Positions 47,818 to 58,750 of a stretch of DNA of 64,000 bases are shown here, in pieces (within the stretch, counting starts at the first letter, position 1; each line of letters begins with the position of its first letter). Position numbers and translations under genes: made by a program. A model generated the notes under the pieces. The model was given only the letters and a program-made list of their open reading frames with translations, was not told the DNA's origin and did no database searches. The DNA is from a gamma proteobacterium SCGC AAA168-P09 (GTDB lineage: Bacteria > Pseudomonadota > Gammaproteobacteria > Magnimaribacterales > D2472), in the NCBI GenBank assembly GCA_000385055.1, contig ARRL01000002.1, forward strand, positions 90,242-154,241. The letters run 5' to 3'.

Positions 47818-48747
47818 CTAAAGTTTAGCTTCTAACTCAGGTAAAGCATCAAATAAGTCGCTGACGAGACCATAATCAGCCACCTGAAAAATAGGTGCAT
47901 CTTCATCTTTATTTATAGCTACAATAACTTTTGAGTCTTTCATACCAGCTAAATGTTGGATAGCGCCTGAAATACCTACTGCTATGTAAAGATCAGGAGC
48001 AACAATCTTACCAGTTTGACCTACTTGGTAGTCATTGGGAACAAAGCCTGCATCTACAGCAGCTCTTGAAGCGCCTACTGCTGCACCTAGCTTATCAGCG
48101 ATTGAATCAAGTAGATGGAAATTATCTCCTGATTGCATCCCTCTTCCACCGGAAATAACAATATTAGCAGCAGTTAATTCAGGTCTATCACTTTTAGCTA
48201 TCTCTTCAGAAACGAATTCACTAATATTGGATGCATCAACAGCATCGATTGATTCAACAGGTATATCATTATTATCAAGAGATACTGGATCAAAAGCAGT
48301 AGCTCTAACTGTAATTAATTTAACAGAATCGTTAGACTTTACTGTGGCTATACAACTTCCAGCATAAATAGGTCTTTTAAATGTGTCTTCTGATTCAATT
48401 GAAATAATATCTGAAATCTGTTGAATATCTAGTTTGGCAGAAATTCTTGGCATTAAATTCTTACCAAATGTTGTTGCCGGCGCTAATATATAAGAATACG
48501 AATCCGCAATACTTAGAACTAGTTTCGCAAAATCTTCAGCTAGAAAGTTTTTATATAATTCATGATCACAAGAAATTATTTTAGAAACTCCTGAGATTGT
48601 TTTAGCTTCATCTATAACTTTCGATATATCTAAGCCAGCAACCAATAATGTAACCTCACCATTTATGTTAGAAGCTGCTGCTATTGTGTTGAGGGTAGCT
48701 CCTTTTATTGAGGAATTATCATGTTCTGCAATTACCAATATACTCAT
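47818..48747 (-). CDS. etfA: electron transfer flavoprotein alpha subunit
   Basis: 309 aa. C-terminal FAD domain motifs VVSGGRG-like (VISGGRGM), [16 protein letters not shown], and PIF.VAD.G.V.DLF. Confidence 0.93.
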   Translation of the reverse strand: MSILVIAEHDNSSIKGATLNTIAAASNINGEVTLLVAGLDISKVIDEAKTISGVSKIISCDHELYKNFLAEDFAKLVLSIADSYSYILAPATTFGKNLMPRISAKLDIQQISDIISIESEDTFKRPIYAGSCIATVKSNDSVKLITVRATAFDPVSLDNNDIPVESIDAVDASNISEFVSEEIAKSDRPELTAANIVISGGRGMQSGDNFHLLDSIADKLGAAVGASRAAVDAGFVPNDYQVGQTGKIVAPDLYIAVGISGAIQHLAGMKDSKVIVAINKDEDAPIFQVADYGLVSDLFDALPELEAKL

Positions 48748-49496
48748 GTGATCACCTTTGCTTCATTTTTAAGTTTTTCAACTAGCTCATCAACAGACTC
48801 AACAATAATACCGGCATCTCTAGATGGCGGCAGTTCAACTGAAAGCAACTCCGTTCTTGGGTTAACATCTACACCTAGATCAGAAATATTAGTTACAGTT
48901 AACTCTTTTTTCTTTGCTTTCATTATATTTGGTAATGAGGCATATCTTGGCTCATTAAGCCTAAGATCAGTTGTTACAACAGCAGGTTTATTTAATTGCA
49001 ATGTTTGAAGACCGCCATCAATTTCTCTTGTTACAGTAACATTTGATTCATCTAGTTTAATTTCTGAAGCGTTCGTTGCTTGTGGATAATCAAGAAGAGC
49101 TGCAAGCATTTGACCTGTTTGATTATTATCACCATCTATGGCTTGCTTGCCTAATATTACTAGATCGGGATGCTCTTGTTCAACAACCTTTGCCAAGACT
49201 TTTGCAATAGCTAAAGGTTCAAGCAATGAATCACTTTCAATCAAAATAGCTCTATCAGCCCCTAATGCCAGGGCTGTTCTTAATTGCTCTTGTGATTCAG
49301 TTTTGCCAACTGTAATAGCAATAACTTCTTCTGCATTACTAGCCTCTTTAATACGAACAGCTTCTTCCAAAGCAATCTCACAAAATGGATTAACAGACAT
49401 TTTTGCATTATTTAAATCAACATTTGAGTTATCAGGCATTGGTCTGACTTTAACGTTGTAATCAACAACTCTTTTGATTGGAACTAATATTTTCAT
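48744..49496 (-). CDS. etfB: electron transfer flavoprotein beta subunit
   Basis: 250 aa. [24 protein letters not shown] and [21 protein letters not shown] overlap with etfA. Confidence 0.93.
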   Translation of the reverse strand: MKILVPIKRVVDYNVKVRPMPDNSNVDLNNAKMSVNPFCEIALEEAVRIKEASNAEEVIAITVGKTESQEQLRTALALGADRAILIESDSLLEPLAIAKVLAKVVEQEHPDLVILGKQAIDGDNNQTGQMLAALLDYPQATNASEIKLDESNVTVTREIDGGLQTLQLNKPAVVTTDLRLNEPRYASLPNIMKAKKKELTVTNISDLGVDVNPRTELLSVELPPSRDAGIIVESVDELVEKLKNEAKVIT

Positions 49497-49532
49497 AATT
49501 TATATATATATTTGTAGTAAATTTTGTGTCTT

Positions 49533-49557
49533 AGATTATAAATGATAGTTATAATCT
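49533..49557. promoter_or_regulatory. perfect 9-bp inverted repeat AGATTATAA-N7-TTATAATCT in the etfB / ETF-QO divergent region (two back-to-back TATAAT boxes and/or an operator)
   Basis: Read directly. Each arm contains TATAAT in the orientation appropriate for the gene it faces. Confidence 0.3.
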
Positions 49558-49616
49558 GTAATACTGCACAATTGTAATTCCTTTTGTGCATTTTACAACA
49601 ATATTTGAGGTTAAGT

Positions 49617-51248
49617 ATGGAAAGAGAAACTATGGAATATGATGTAGTTGTTGTTGGTGGTGGCCCTTCAGGGCTATCTACAGCAATTAAATTTGCTCAG
49701 ATGAATAAGGAAAATGGTACCGATTATTCTATATGCTTACTTGAGAAAGGTTCTGAAATAGGAGCCCATATCTTATCGGGTAATGTATTTCAAACAACTG
49801 CACTTGATGAATTAATTCCAAATTGGAAGGATTTAAATGCTCCATTAAATGTTCCAGTTAAAAAAGATAAACTTTTATTTCTTTTAGAAAAAATAAGCTT
49901 TCCAGTTCCTGCCTTTATTATGCCAACCATGAACAATCATGGAAATTATGTAATAAGTCTTGGTAATTTATGTAGATGGTTGGCTGAGCAAGCTGAAAAT
50001 CTTGGTGTGGAGATTTTTCCAGGCTTTCCTGCAAGTAAGTTAATTTATGAAGGGGATAATGTTGTAGGTGTTCAGACCGGAGATATGGGTATTGATGCAA
50101 ATGGAGAGCTTAAGCCAGGTAATGAACCAGGAATTGAAATTAAAGCAAAATATACAATTTTAGGCGAAGGATGCAGAGGCCATTTAGGTAAAGAGGTTAT
50201 TGAAAAATTTAATCTATCTAAAGATAAAGATCCTCAACATTATGGAATAGGTTTTAAAGAAGTTTGGAAACTTCAAGAGGATAAACATGAAGAAGGTCTT
50301 GTTATTCATACTAATGGATGGCCAACCTCAACAGATACTCCTGCTGGATCATATTTCTATCATGGAGAAAATAAAGAAGCTTACATAGGCTTTGTAGTTC
50401 CTTTAGACTATAAAAATCCTCATCTAAGCCCTTTTGATGAATTTCAAAAATGGAAAACTCATCCATCAATAAAAAAATATCTTCAAGGAGCTGAAAGAAC
50501 ATCCTATGGAGCTCGCGCATTAATTAAAGGTGGACTTCAATCTTTGCCAAAAATGGAATTCCCAGGTGGCCTATTGATTGGTGATAATGCAGGAACACTT
50601 AATTTTTCAAAAATAAAAGGATCTCATACAGCAATGAAATCGGGTCTTATTGCAGGAGAACATGCTTATCAGAATCTCAATAATGAGATATCAACTGGAG
50701 TTTCTTATGATGATAAAATAAAAGATTCATGGTTGTATAAAGAATTATATAAGTCCAGAAATTTTGGCCCTATTTTTCATAAATTCGGAGCTTTAATTGG
50801 AGCTGCTTTTAATGTTATTGATCAATTTATATTTAGAGGAAATATGCCAATTACATTAAATCACCCTACTCCAGATTATGCATGTCTTAAAAAAGCTGAT
50901 GAGATGCCTAACATAGATTATCCAAAACCAGATGGAGTCTACTCATTTGATAAACTGTCTTCTGTATATTTATCAAATACCAATCATGAAGAAGATCAAC
51001 CGTGTCATCTTCAACTCAAAGACCCATCAATACCAATTAATGTTAATTTACCTTTATATGATGAACCTGCTCAACGATATTGTCCTGCAGGTGTTTATGA
51101 GGTTGTTGAAAAGGATAATGAAAAAAAATTTGTAATTAATGCACAAAATTGTGTGCATTGTAAAACTTGTGATATTAAGGATCCATCTCAAAATATCAAT
51201 TGGGTAAGCCCTGAAGGGCCAGGCGGACCCAATTATCCAAATATGTAA
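49617..51248 (+). CDS. electron transfer flavoprotein-ubiquinone oxidoreductase
   Basis: ATG 49617 is preceded by GAGG (the track starts at TTG 49584). YDVVVVGGGPSGL FAD fold. C-terminal 4Fe-4S motif CPAGVYE...C.HCKTCDIKDP. Confidence 0.92.
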   Translation: MERETMEYDVVVVGGGPSGLSTAIKFAQMNKENGTDYSICLLEKGSEIGAHILSGNVFQTTALDELIPNWKDLNAPLNVPVKKDKLLFLLEKISFPVPAFIMPTMNNHGNYVISLGNLCRWLAEQAENLGVEIFPGFPASKLIYEGDNVVGVQTGDMGIDANGELKPGNEPGIEIKAKYTILGEGCRGHLGKEVIEKFNLSKDKDPQHYGIGFKEVWKLQEDKHEEGLVIHTNGWPTSTDTPAGSYFYHGENKEAYIGFVVPLDYKNPHLSPFDEFQKWKTHPSIKKYLQGAERTSYGARALIKGGLQSLPKMEFPGGLLIGDNAGTLNFSKIKGSHTAMKSGLIAGEHAYQNLNNEISTGVSYDDKIKDSWLYKELYKSRNFGPIFHKFGALIGAAFNVIDQFIFRGNMPITLNHPTPDYACLKKADEMPNIDYPKPDGVYSFDKLSSVYLSNTNHEEDQPCHLQLKDPSIPINVNLPLYDEPAQRYCPAGVYEVVEKDNEKKFVINAQNCVHCKTCDIKDPSQNINWVSPEGPGGPNYPNM

Positions 51249-53041
51249 TGTTTGAGAATCCTAAAAAAATAAATTTTTCAATTTTATCTATAATTTTACT
51301 CTCATCATGTCAGAGCAATTATGAAGTTATTAAAGAGATTCCAGATTTCGCCATCGATGAAAATATAGAGTTTGAGAAGTATCTTTCAAATCAGTGGGAG
51401 CAAAACTTAGAAGATAGTCCTATTTTTGCGTCACTTCTAGGAAATAAAAAATTTAATCAAGATATTACATCAAACAGTATTAAATCATTTGAAACTAAGA
51501 AACTTAAATTCAAGGAGAATTTAAAAAATCTAAATTCATTTGATTTTAAGCAACTAGATAGTGATAACAAATTAAATTATCAGCTAAAAGAAATAAGTCT
51601 CAAAAACTCCATAGAAGCATCAAACTATCCTTCTTATTATATGAGTCTTAATCAAAGAGGCGGAGTTCAAAGTTATTATGAAACTGGTGATAGGCTTGTT
51701 TATGAATCAAAGCAAGATTATGAGGATTGGTTAATAAGATTATCTAAATACGTTGATAACATAACTAATACGAAAAATAATCTTGAAGAGGGCTTGGAAA
51801 AAGGATATACACAGCCACAACTAGTTACTAAACAAGTTATCTCTCAAATTGACAATATGCTAAATTCAGATATTGAAAATAATCCTTATCTTAAAATTTT
51901 TTTAAAAGCCGATAATTCCTTTTTTAAAAAAGGTGAAAAAGAGGATTTAATAAATCGTGCTAAAGAATTAATTAAAATTAATATTATTCCCGCTTACATT
52001 GACTTAAATAATTTTTTAAAAACTTATTATCTACCTAATTCAAGACAATCCATAGGGCTTAGTGCTGTTCCTGACGGAGCTTTATGGTATGAATATGCAG
52101 CAAGATATCACACAACAACAAATCTAACACCTGATGAGATACATAATATTGGTTTAAAAGAAGTTAAGAGAATCCGAGGTGAAATGGAACAAATTATTAA
52201 AGATTTGGAATGGGCTGGGGACTTTAAATCATTTCTTAATTATTTAAGGACAAGTCCAAGGTTTTATTTCGACAATCCTGACGATTTATTAAATGCATAT
52301 CTAATAATGGCTAAATCAATAGATCCTTTATTGCCAAAAATTTTTAAGGTGTTTCCAAGAGCGCCATATGGTGTAATTCCAATACCAGCGGAATCAGCTC
52401 CCTTCACAACAACTGCATACTACAACTCTCCAGCTAAAGGCAGGCCTGGATATTTTTATGCAAATTTATATAAACCTGAATCAAGACCTAAGTATGAAAT
52501 ACCTGTTTTAACAGTCCATGAGGCTGTACCAGGCCATCATTTTCAAATATCAATTGCTCAAGAACTAGAAAATGTACCTACATTTAGAAAATATCAAAGC
52601 TTTACAGCTTTTGTTGAGGGCTGGGGGTTGTATAGTGAAGAACTTGGTGAATTTATGAATTTATATGACGATCCATATGATGAATTTGGACAATTAACTT
52701 ATGACATGTGGAGAGCTATCAGGCTAGTTGTTGATACCGGGATTCATTATAAAAATTGGTCTAGACAGGATGCTATAGATCTTTTTTTAGAAAATACTGC
52801 TAAATCTAAACTTGATATAGAAAATGAAGTAGATAGATACATTGCTTGGCCTGGCCAAGCTTTGGCATATAAAATTGGCCAGCTAAAAATTCTTGAATTA
52901 CGTAATAAGGCTGAAAAAAAATTGGGTGATAAATACGATATTAAAGATTTTCATCATGAAGTTTTGAAAAGAGGCTCTCTTCCCTTAGATATTCTAGAAT
53001 TTTATATTAATGAGTGGATTGACGAATCTTTAAGTTCTTAG
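51248..53041 (+). CDS. DUF885-family lipoprotein (putative metallopeptidase-like)
   Basis: 597 aa. Lipobox LSSC and an HEAVPGHH motif, which is characteristic of DUF885. Confidence 0.65.
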   Translation: MFENPKKINFSILSIILLSSCQSNYEVIKEIPDFAIDENIEFEKYLSNQWEQNLEDSPIFASLLGNKKFNQDITSNSIKSFETKKLKFKENLKNLNSFDFKQLDSDNKLNYQLKEISLKNSIEASNYPSYYMSLNQRGGVQSYYETGDRLVYESKQDYEDWLIRLSKYVDNITNTKNNLEEGLEKGYTQPQLVTKQVISQIDNMLNSDIENNPYLKIFLKADNSFFKKGEKEDLINRAKELIKINIIPAYIDLNNFLKTYYLPNSRQSIGLSAVPDGALWYEYAARYHTTTNLTPDEIHNIGLKEVKRIRGEMEQIIKDLEWAGDFKSFLNYLRTSPRFYFDNPDDLLNAYLIMAKSIDPLLPKIFKVFPRAPYGVIPIPAESAPFTTTAYYNSPAKGRPGYFYANLYKPESRPKYEIPVLTVHEAVPGHHFQISIAQELENVPTFRKYQSFTAFVEGWGLYSEELGEFMNLYDDPYDEFGQLTYDMWRAIRLVVDTGIHYKNWSRQDAIDLFLENTAKSKLDIENEVDRYIAWPGQALAYKIGQLKILELRNKAEKKLGDKYDIKDFHHEVLKRGSLPLDILEFYINEWIDESLSS

Positions 53042-53165
53042 ATTTTTTACATCTCTCACTGCAATATTTAACATTACCCCAGTCCCTCTCCCATTTTTTT
53101 CTCCATTTAAATTCTTTCTGGCAAGCTGAGCAAATTTTAGATGGTAATGTAATTTTTTTATGCAA
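53007..53165 (-). CDS. DUF2256-like small zinc-ribbon protein (52 aa, below the ORF-track cutoff)
   Basis: My own translation: (TTG)[52 protein letters not shown]. The CxxC...WRKKW...VKYCSxxC pattern matches DUF2256. No in-frame ATG; the TTG overlaps the upstream gene stop by 8 nt. Confidence 0.55.
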   Translation of the reverse strand: MHKKITLPSKICSACQKEFKWRKKWERDWGNVKYCSERCKKSKNLKIRQSTH

Positions 53166-53691
53166 TTGTTCCTAGAGGGTAATGATTGGTTCCACTTCTA
53201 ATATGAAGAACATTATCAATAATTATATTTTCCTTAAGTGCGATATCAACTAATTTATAGTAGGTTGCTCTATTAAAAAATCCTTCTATGGCGTTTCTAA
53301 CGTGTACTAGTGGAATGATATTATTTTCATAATTTATTAGTCTTGTCGAATTCTTATTATCTAATGCAAATGAGTAATCAAGATTGGTATGAAGAGTAAT
53401 AATATCATCACCAAGATCAAAGTCAGTAATAACATATGGTGCCAGATCGACGGATACAGGTACTTTTTCATGAGGAGTAATTAAGAAATATAATCCATCA
53501 TCATTTCTTAGGACTGAACTAAAAAGCTTAACTAATTTTATATTTTTTATAGGAGAGTTGTTGTAATACCAATCACCCTCTCTATCAATTGATATTTCTT
53601 GACCTTCGCACAACTGAGGATTCCAAAGATGGACAGGTGGAAAACCTGAATCATTAATTTTTATGTTATTAACTATTTTAGAAATACTCAT
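53158..53691 (-). CDS. DUF1285-family protein
   Basis: 177 aa. [43 protein letters not shown] fits my recollection of the DUF1285 core. Confidence 0.55.
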   Translation of the reverse strand: MSISKIVNNIKINDSGFPPVHLWNPQLCEGQEISIDREGDWYYNNSPIKNIKLVKLFSSVLRNDDGLYFLITPHEKVPVSVDLAPYVITDFDLGDDIITLHTNLDYSFALDNKNSTRLINYENNIIPLVHVRNAIEGFFNRATYYKLVDIALKENIIIDNVLHIRSGTNHYPLGTIA

Positions 53692-54283
53692 AGATTGATT
53701 TTATAAAAATAAAAAGTCCAATAGAGCATAATATTAATGCCATTAGTTTATTTATTAGATTATTTCTTTCAATATTAAATGTATTAGAGCTTGATAACAA
53801 ATAACTCAAAAACATAAACCACAAAGCGGAGGTTATTGAAAAATATATAGGATAAATATAAAAAAATAATCCATCCATTGAATCAGTCAGTATAGAAAAA
53901 AGAGAAACAAAAAAAATAAAAGCTTTAATATTAAATATATTTGTTATTAATCCAGACGTGAAACTTCCGTAAAATGATGAAGAAGCAGCTTGATCATTTT
54001 CTTTGACGTTATTAGAAGGAAAAGCCATCCTAATACCTAGGTAGAAAATATAAATACTGCCTATTAAGCTTACTATTAGTTTATATAAATCATTTGTAAT
54101 AATAAAAAGTGAAATTCCATTGATTGCCAAAAGGCAGTGTGCATAAATTCCAAAACCTATTCCAAATGCTGCATTTATACCCGCCCTTCTTCCATGAAGA
54201 TTAACCTGCCTGATAATAATAGCTGTATCTGGGCCGGGACTAGTAAGAGCAATAAAATGCGCAATAGATGACCAGATAAACAT
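53678..54283 (-). CDS. LysE/RhtB-family amino-acid efflux protein
   Basis: 201 aa with about 6 TM. N-terminal SPGPDT motif, as in the LysE superfamily. Confidence 0.7.
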   Translation of the reverse strand: MFIWSSIAHFIALTSPGPDTAIIIRQVNLHGRRAGINAAFGIGFGIYAHCLLAINGISLFIITNDLYKLIVSLIGSIYIFYLGIRMAFPSNNVKENDQAASSSFYGSFTSGLITNIFNIKAFIFFVSLFSILTDSMDGLFFYIYPIYFSITSALWFMFLSYLLSSSNTFNIERNNLINKLMALILCSIGLFIFIKSIYEYF

Positions 54284-54285
54284 GA

Positions 54286-55278
54286 TTAATTAATAATATT
54301 TGGTTCTATTTCAAGGGATATGTTGAAGGTTTTGTAAACTATCTCATTTATATGAGATGCGAAATTTAAGACCTCTTGTTGAGTTGCCTTTCCGTTAGTT
54401 ATCAAAACTAATGAATGATTTTTATAAATTGAAACATTTTTAGGTAACGATAATTGATGTTGTATTAGCTCAATTAACCTTGCAGCACCAACTTTAACTA
54501 AAGTATCAGAGTAGTCCCAAATTATTAATTTATCTTCACTAAAATACTCAAAATTAATTTGGTTTTTATGAATAATAGGATTTTTAAAAAAACTTCCAGC
54601 ATTAAAAACATGATCTGGATTAGGTAAAGCTTTTGCTCTGACTTTAGATATTATCCTTGAAATATCTTGTTTATTTAAATTATCTGTATTGAAAGAATTG
54701 TCATGCATGTATTTTTGTATGGATGCATAGTCAGGATTGATATTTTCTTTAAGATTAGATTTAAAGTTGAGGTTATAAATAAGATAATGTGAGTTTTTTA
54801 GAATAGAGTCTCTGTATGAAAATTTGCAATCTTTGTTATTAAGATTGATTTCCTTAAATCTTTTCAAACAAAAACAATCTATGCTCTCTATCAAACTTGA
54901 AACATCAGCACCATAAGCACCAATATTTTGAACAGGACTTGCACCAACGCTCCCTGGGATATCAATTAGGTTTTCAAAACCATTGATATCATTTTTGATA
55001 CAGAATTTAACTAGCTCTGTCCAATTGTATGCTGAGCCTACATTTAAGATGTTTTTATTAAGATTGATATGGTTAAAATCTGCTTTTAAAACTAGACCAT
55101 CATAAAAGGATGGAGGAACTATATTGGTGCCCTCTCCGTGAATAAAATATTTTTTATTAGATTTAATTAAATCGTGAATTTTATTTAGGTCTTCGATATT
55201 TTGTAATTTTACTAAAAGCTTACACCTTGATTGAATACCAAGAGAGTTATCAATCAGTGCATTTTCTTCAATTTTCAT
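54286..55278 (-). CDS. murB: UDP-N-acetylenolpyruvoylglucosamine reductase
   Basis: 330 aa. FAD-binding domain (GEGTNIV), IPGSVGASPVQNIGAYG and GSFFKNP. Follows kdsB. Confidence 0.85.
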   Translation of the reverse strand: MKIEENALIDNSLGIQSRCKLLVKLQNIEDLNKIHDLIKSNKKYFIHGEGTNIVPPSFYDGLVLKADFNHINLNKNILNVGSAYNWTELVKFCIKNDINGFENLIDIPGSVGASPVQNIGAYGADVSSLIESIDCFCLKRFKEINLNNKDCKFSYRDSILKNSHYLIYNLNFKSNLKENINPDYASIQKYMHDNSFNTDNLNKQDISRIISKVRAKALPNPDHVFNAGSFFKNPIIHKNQINFEYFSEDKLIIWDYSDTLVKVGAARLIELIQHQLSLPKNVSIYKNHSLVLITNGKATQQEVLNFASHINEIVYKTFNISLEIEPNIIN

Positions 55279-55990
55279 TAGTCAGCAAATAATTAATAGC
55301 TTGATCAACATCTTCTTGGGTATCGATGCCAGAGGGAATTTCATTTTTATAATGGGTCATATAAATTGAATAATTATTGTCCATAAATCTTAGCTGTTCT
55401 AGTTTATGAAATAATTCGTTTTTTGTTGGTTTTAGATTTACCAATTTTCTTAAAGTTTTCATTCTATATCCATAAATTCCTATGTGTCTCATAGATAATT
55501 CATTGCTATTTAATGTTCTTTGAAAAGATTTTGCATAATTGTTTGAGTCACAATGAACTTTAACGCAATTAGAGTTTTTTAAGTCATCTGAGTTATTTAT
55601 TGGATGACAGGCACTTATAACATCACATGAGTTATTGTTAAAATCTTCTACAAGCTGAATCACTAAATCCTTGGGCATGAAAGGCTCATCACCTTGTAAA
55701 TTTATTATAAGAGTATCATCGTTTATTTTAAGATTTTCAGCAGCTTCAAATACCCTATCAGTTCCTGATATATGTGCATCACTGGTCATAACAATATTTG
55801 TTGAAAAGGATTGGACATGTTCTAAAACTTCCTGAGAATCAGTTGCGATGTAAGTATTCTCTGTGATTGTTATTGAATTTTTAAAAACTCTTTCAATTAG
55901 GGACATGCCCTTAATATCTATTAGTGGTTTATTCTTTAATCTTGTCGAACCAATTCTTGCTGGAATAAGAATTGCAAAATTACTATTCAT
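55268..55990 (-). CDS. kdsB: 3-deoxy-manno-octulosonate cytidylyltransferase
   Basis: 240 aa. ILIPARIGSTRLKNKPL, GTDR, NLQGDEP and GIYGYR motifs. Confidence 0.9.
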   Translation of the reverse strand: MNSNFAILIPARIGSTRLKNKPLIDIKGMSLIERVFKNSITITENTYIATDSQEVLEHVQSFSTNIVMTSDAHISGTDRVFEAAENLKINDDTLIINLQGDEPFMPKDLVIQLVEDFNNNSCDVISACHPINNSDDLKNSNCVKVHCDSNNYAKSFQRTLNSNELSMRHIGIYGYRMKTLRKLVNLKPTKNELFHKLEQLRFMDNNYSIYMTHYKNEIPSGIDTQEDVDQAINYLLTNEN

Positions 55991-58750
55991 TTAATTTAAA
56001 GATTTTAATTTTGTATCCAGCTCTTCAATAAACCTATCAGATACATCAGCTTCAATAGTTAAATACCAAATTTTATTATTGTCAAATTGTCTACATTTAG
56101 ATGCATCCTTCTCAGTCATTATTATAGGTAAATGATCTAGATAAAATATATCTGATTCATCAAAATTATGGTGATCTGGAAAAGGATGTCTAATAATCTC
56201 AAATCCAAGTCTGGCTAGAAGATCAAAAAATCTACCAGGATTACCAAGACCAGCTACTGCATGAACCTGTTTGTGCATAGGCCATTTTTTTATAGGGTAT
56301 GATTTACCAGATTTTAAATGAACAAACTTAGCAGGGCTAACATTCATTAAATATTCATTTTCTTGAGTTGGACCTGAATTATTAACAATAAAATCAACAC
56401 TATTTAGTCTTGTTTTCGTTTCCCTTAATGGGCCTGCTGGAAATGTTAAGTTATTTCCAAAGCGTCTCTTACCATCTATAACAACAATTTCAATGTCTCT
56501 ATTCATATTATAATGTTGTAAACCATCATCTGATATGATCACATCACAATCGTGATTTTCTTCTAATGTTTTCACTGCTCTTACTCTATTTTTGTCTATG
56601 TAAAATGGTAGGTTCAATTTAGATAATATTTGAGCCTCATCACCAGTTTGCCTAACAGGCGTGTCAGATGTTACATGAAGAGTTTCTCTAAACTTACCAC
56701 CATAGCCTCTGCTAACTAACCCAGGCTTATAGCCCTTCTTAGCGAGCTCAGAAGCAATATATGCAACTAATGGTGTCTTACCTGTGCCACCAATCGTTAA
56801 GTTACCAACAACGATTAGGGGTATTGAGGTTTTATGACTGGATTTTTTTGATTTAAGAAACTTTCTTCTTTTTCTGTTCGTTATGTAAGAAAATATTAAA
56901 GAGAAAGGCAAAAGTAAATATAACCATAAACTTTTTTTATACCAACTATCTACAACAAGACTTGAATTATATTCATCTTCAAACTCTGGTATATAAAGTT
57001 CTGTTGATTTAGAAATTTTTAATTTTTCTTTAGGTGAATCCTCAAATTTATTTTTATAGAGGGATTGATAAATGCCATCGTTATTTAATAATTCAGCATG
57101 AGTACCCGTCTCAGAAATAACACCGCTATCAAGAACAACTATCCTTGATGCATTCTCAATAGTTGATAGTCTATGAGCTATAACAATAGTTGTTCTATTT
57201 GTGATTAATTTCTCAAGAGCCTCTTGAACAATAAGTTCCGATTCAGTATCTAAAGAAGATGTGGCTTCATCTAGTATGATGATTGGTGAGTCTTTATAAA
57301 ATGCTCTCGCAATAGCCAGCCTTTGCCTTTGACCTCCTGATAGAAGAACCCCATCATCACCAATTTCAGACTCAAAGCCCTCAGGAAGACTTTCAATAAA
57401 TTCCGTGCAGCCTGCTTGATTTGCTGATTGTTTAAGCTTTTCAACATCTATTTCATCATCACCATAAGCAATATTTTTTGCAATTGTATCGTTAAATAGT
57501 GAAGGAGATTGGTTAACTATAGAAATAGAGGATCTAAGATGTTTCAAAGAATAGTCATTAACAGAAATACCATCTATCAAAATATCACCAGATGTGTGGT
57601 TGTAGAAGCGTGGTATTAAATTAGCAATAGTTGATTTACCAGAACCTGACTTACCAACTATTGCGATAGTTTCATTTTTAGCTATTGAAAAGGAAATATT
57701 ATTAATAATTAAACCGCCAGTATTATAAGAAAATGAAACATCCTTAAAATCAATATCACCAGAAATTGGTGCATCTAAGTCTCCAGAATTATTTTCATTC
57801 TGTTGATCTAGCTGATCAAATATTTCATTAGCCGCAGCCAAACCTTTTTGAACAATGATATTTATATTAGATAGCTGCCTAATTGGTTTTGCCATCAAAC
57901 CTGCTGCAGTAAAAAATGCAACAAAAGTTTGAGCATCAAGTGTTATACCAAGCTGAGAACCTAATGCAAAATATGCCACTAGTGATAATGAAATTGAAAC
58001 AAGAATTTGTATTATTGGGGTTGCAAGATTTCCTGTAGCTTCTAGTTTTAAATTCTGATTTTTATTAGACGTATTGGCTTTAAAAAATCTGTTATTTTCA
58101 TAATCTTCTGCATTAAAACTTTTTATTTCTACGTGACCGTCAACAGCCTCAGATGCAATATGAGTAACATCACCCATGGCTGTTTGGATTTTAGTAGCTA
58201 ATTTTTTAAGTCTCTTGCCAGCCACATACACTATTAATGCTATTAGCGGTGCCGTTCCTACTAAAAGCAGAGTTAATTTAAAATTTAATATAGATAGGTA
58301 TATAAATAAACCGACTAATAAAAAACCCTCTCTAACAAATGTTTTTACGGCATTAGAAGCTGCTCCAGAAACCTGAGTTGTGGTAAATGTTATTCTATTT
58401 ATTAGTTGACCTGATTGATTAGCGTCAAAATAGGATTTAGGAAGATCGTGAAGTTTTTGAAATAATTCAGCTCTTAAATCATGAACTATTCCAAAACCAA
58501 CTCGCGACATAAAATAGTTCCCAATAAAAAAACCAAAACCCCTACCTATAGCAATGAATATTAAAGACATAGCTAGAAGCGTATTCAGGCTTTCATCATT
58601 TGAATCTATGTAACTTATTATTCTTCTTATCCATTCAACTGCTGCAATATCAGCAGCTGCAAATGCAATAAAACCAAAAACGCTGATTAAAAATGACCAC
58701 CTATATCTATAGGTGTAGCCTAATATTCTTCTTAAACTACCTGATTTCAT
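55991..58750 (-). CDS. msbA-lpxK: fusion protein: lipid A export ABC transporter MsbA (N-terminal ~575 aa) plus tetraacyldisaccharide 4-prime-kinase LpxK (C-terminal ~310 aa)
   Basis: A single 919-codon ORF. MsbA part: 6-TM domain, Walker A GKSGSGKST, LSGGQRQR, IILDEATS. Then a ~35-aa linker, a hydrophobic helix LWLYLLLPFSLIFSYI, the LpxK P-loop VVGNLTIGGTGKTP, and SRGYGG, DDGLQH. Confidence 0.8.
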   Translation of the reverse strand: MKSGSLRRILGYTYRYRWSFLISVFGFIAFAAADIAAVEWIRRIISYIDSNDESLNTLLAMSLIFIAIGRGFGFFIGNYFMSRVGFGIVHDLRAELFQKLHDLPKSYFDANQSGQLINRITFTTTQVSGAASNAVKTFVREGFLLVGLFIYLSILNFKLTLLLVGTAPLIALIVYVAGKRLKKLATKIQTAMGDVTHIASEAVDGHVEIKSFNAEDYENNRFFKANTSNKNQNLKLEATGNLATPIIQILVSISLSLVAYFALGSQLGITLDAQTFVAFFTAAGLMAKPIRQLSNINIIVQKGLAAANEIFDQLDQQNENNSGDLDAPISGDIDFKDVSFSYNTGGLIINNISFSIAKNETIAIVGKSGSGKSTIANLIPRFYNHTSGDILIDGISVNDYSLKHLRSSISIVNQSPSLFNDTIAKNIAYGDDEIDVEKLKQSANQAGCTEFIESLPEGFESEIGDDGVLLSGGQRQRLAIARAFYKDSPIIILDEATSSLDTESELIVQEALEKLITNRTTIVIAHRLSTIENASRIVVLDSGVISETGTHAELLNNDGIYQSLYKNKFEDSPKEKLKISKSTELYIPEFEDEYNSSLVVDSWYKKSLWLYLLLPFSLIFSYITNRKRRKFLKSKKSSHKTSIPLIVVGNLTIGGTGKTPLVAYIASELAKKGYKPGLVSRGYGGKFRETLHVTSDTPVRQTGDEAQILSKLNLPFYIDKNRVRAVKTLEENHDCDVIISDDGLQHYNMNRDIEIVVIDGKRRFGNNLTFPAGPLRETKTRLNSVDFIVNNSGPTQENEYLMNVSPAKFVHLKSGKSYPIKKWPMHKQVHAVAGLGNPGRFFDLLARLGFEIIRHPFPDHHNFDESDIFYLDHLPIIMTEKDASKCRQFDNNKIWYLTIEADVSDRFIEELDTKLKSLN

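Noticed and set aside
48035-49461. Plus-strand ORFs of 95-110 aa inside etfA and etfB.
   Set aside because: They are Ala/Ser-rich antisense frames of the relatively GC-richer etf genes, a classic shadow-ORF pattern.
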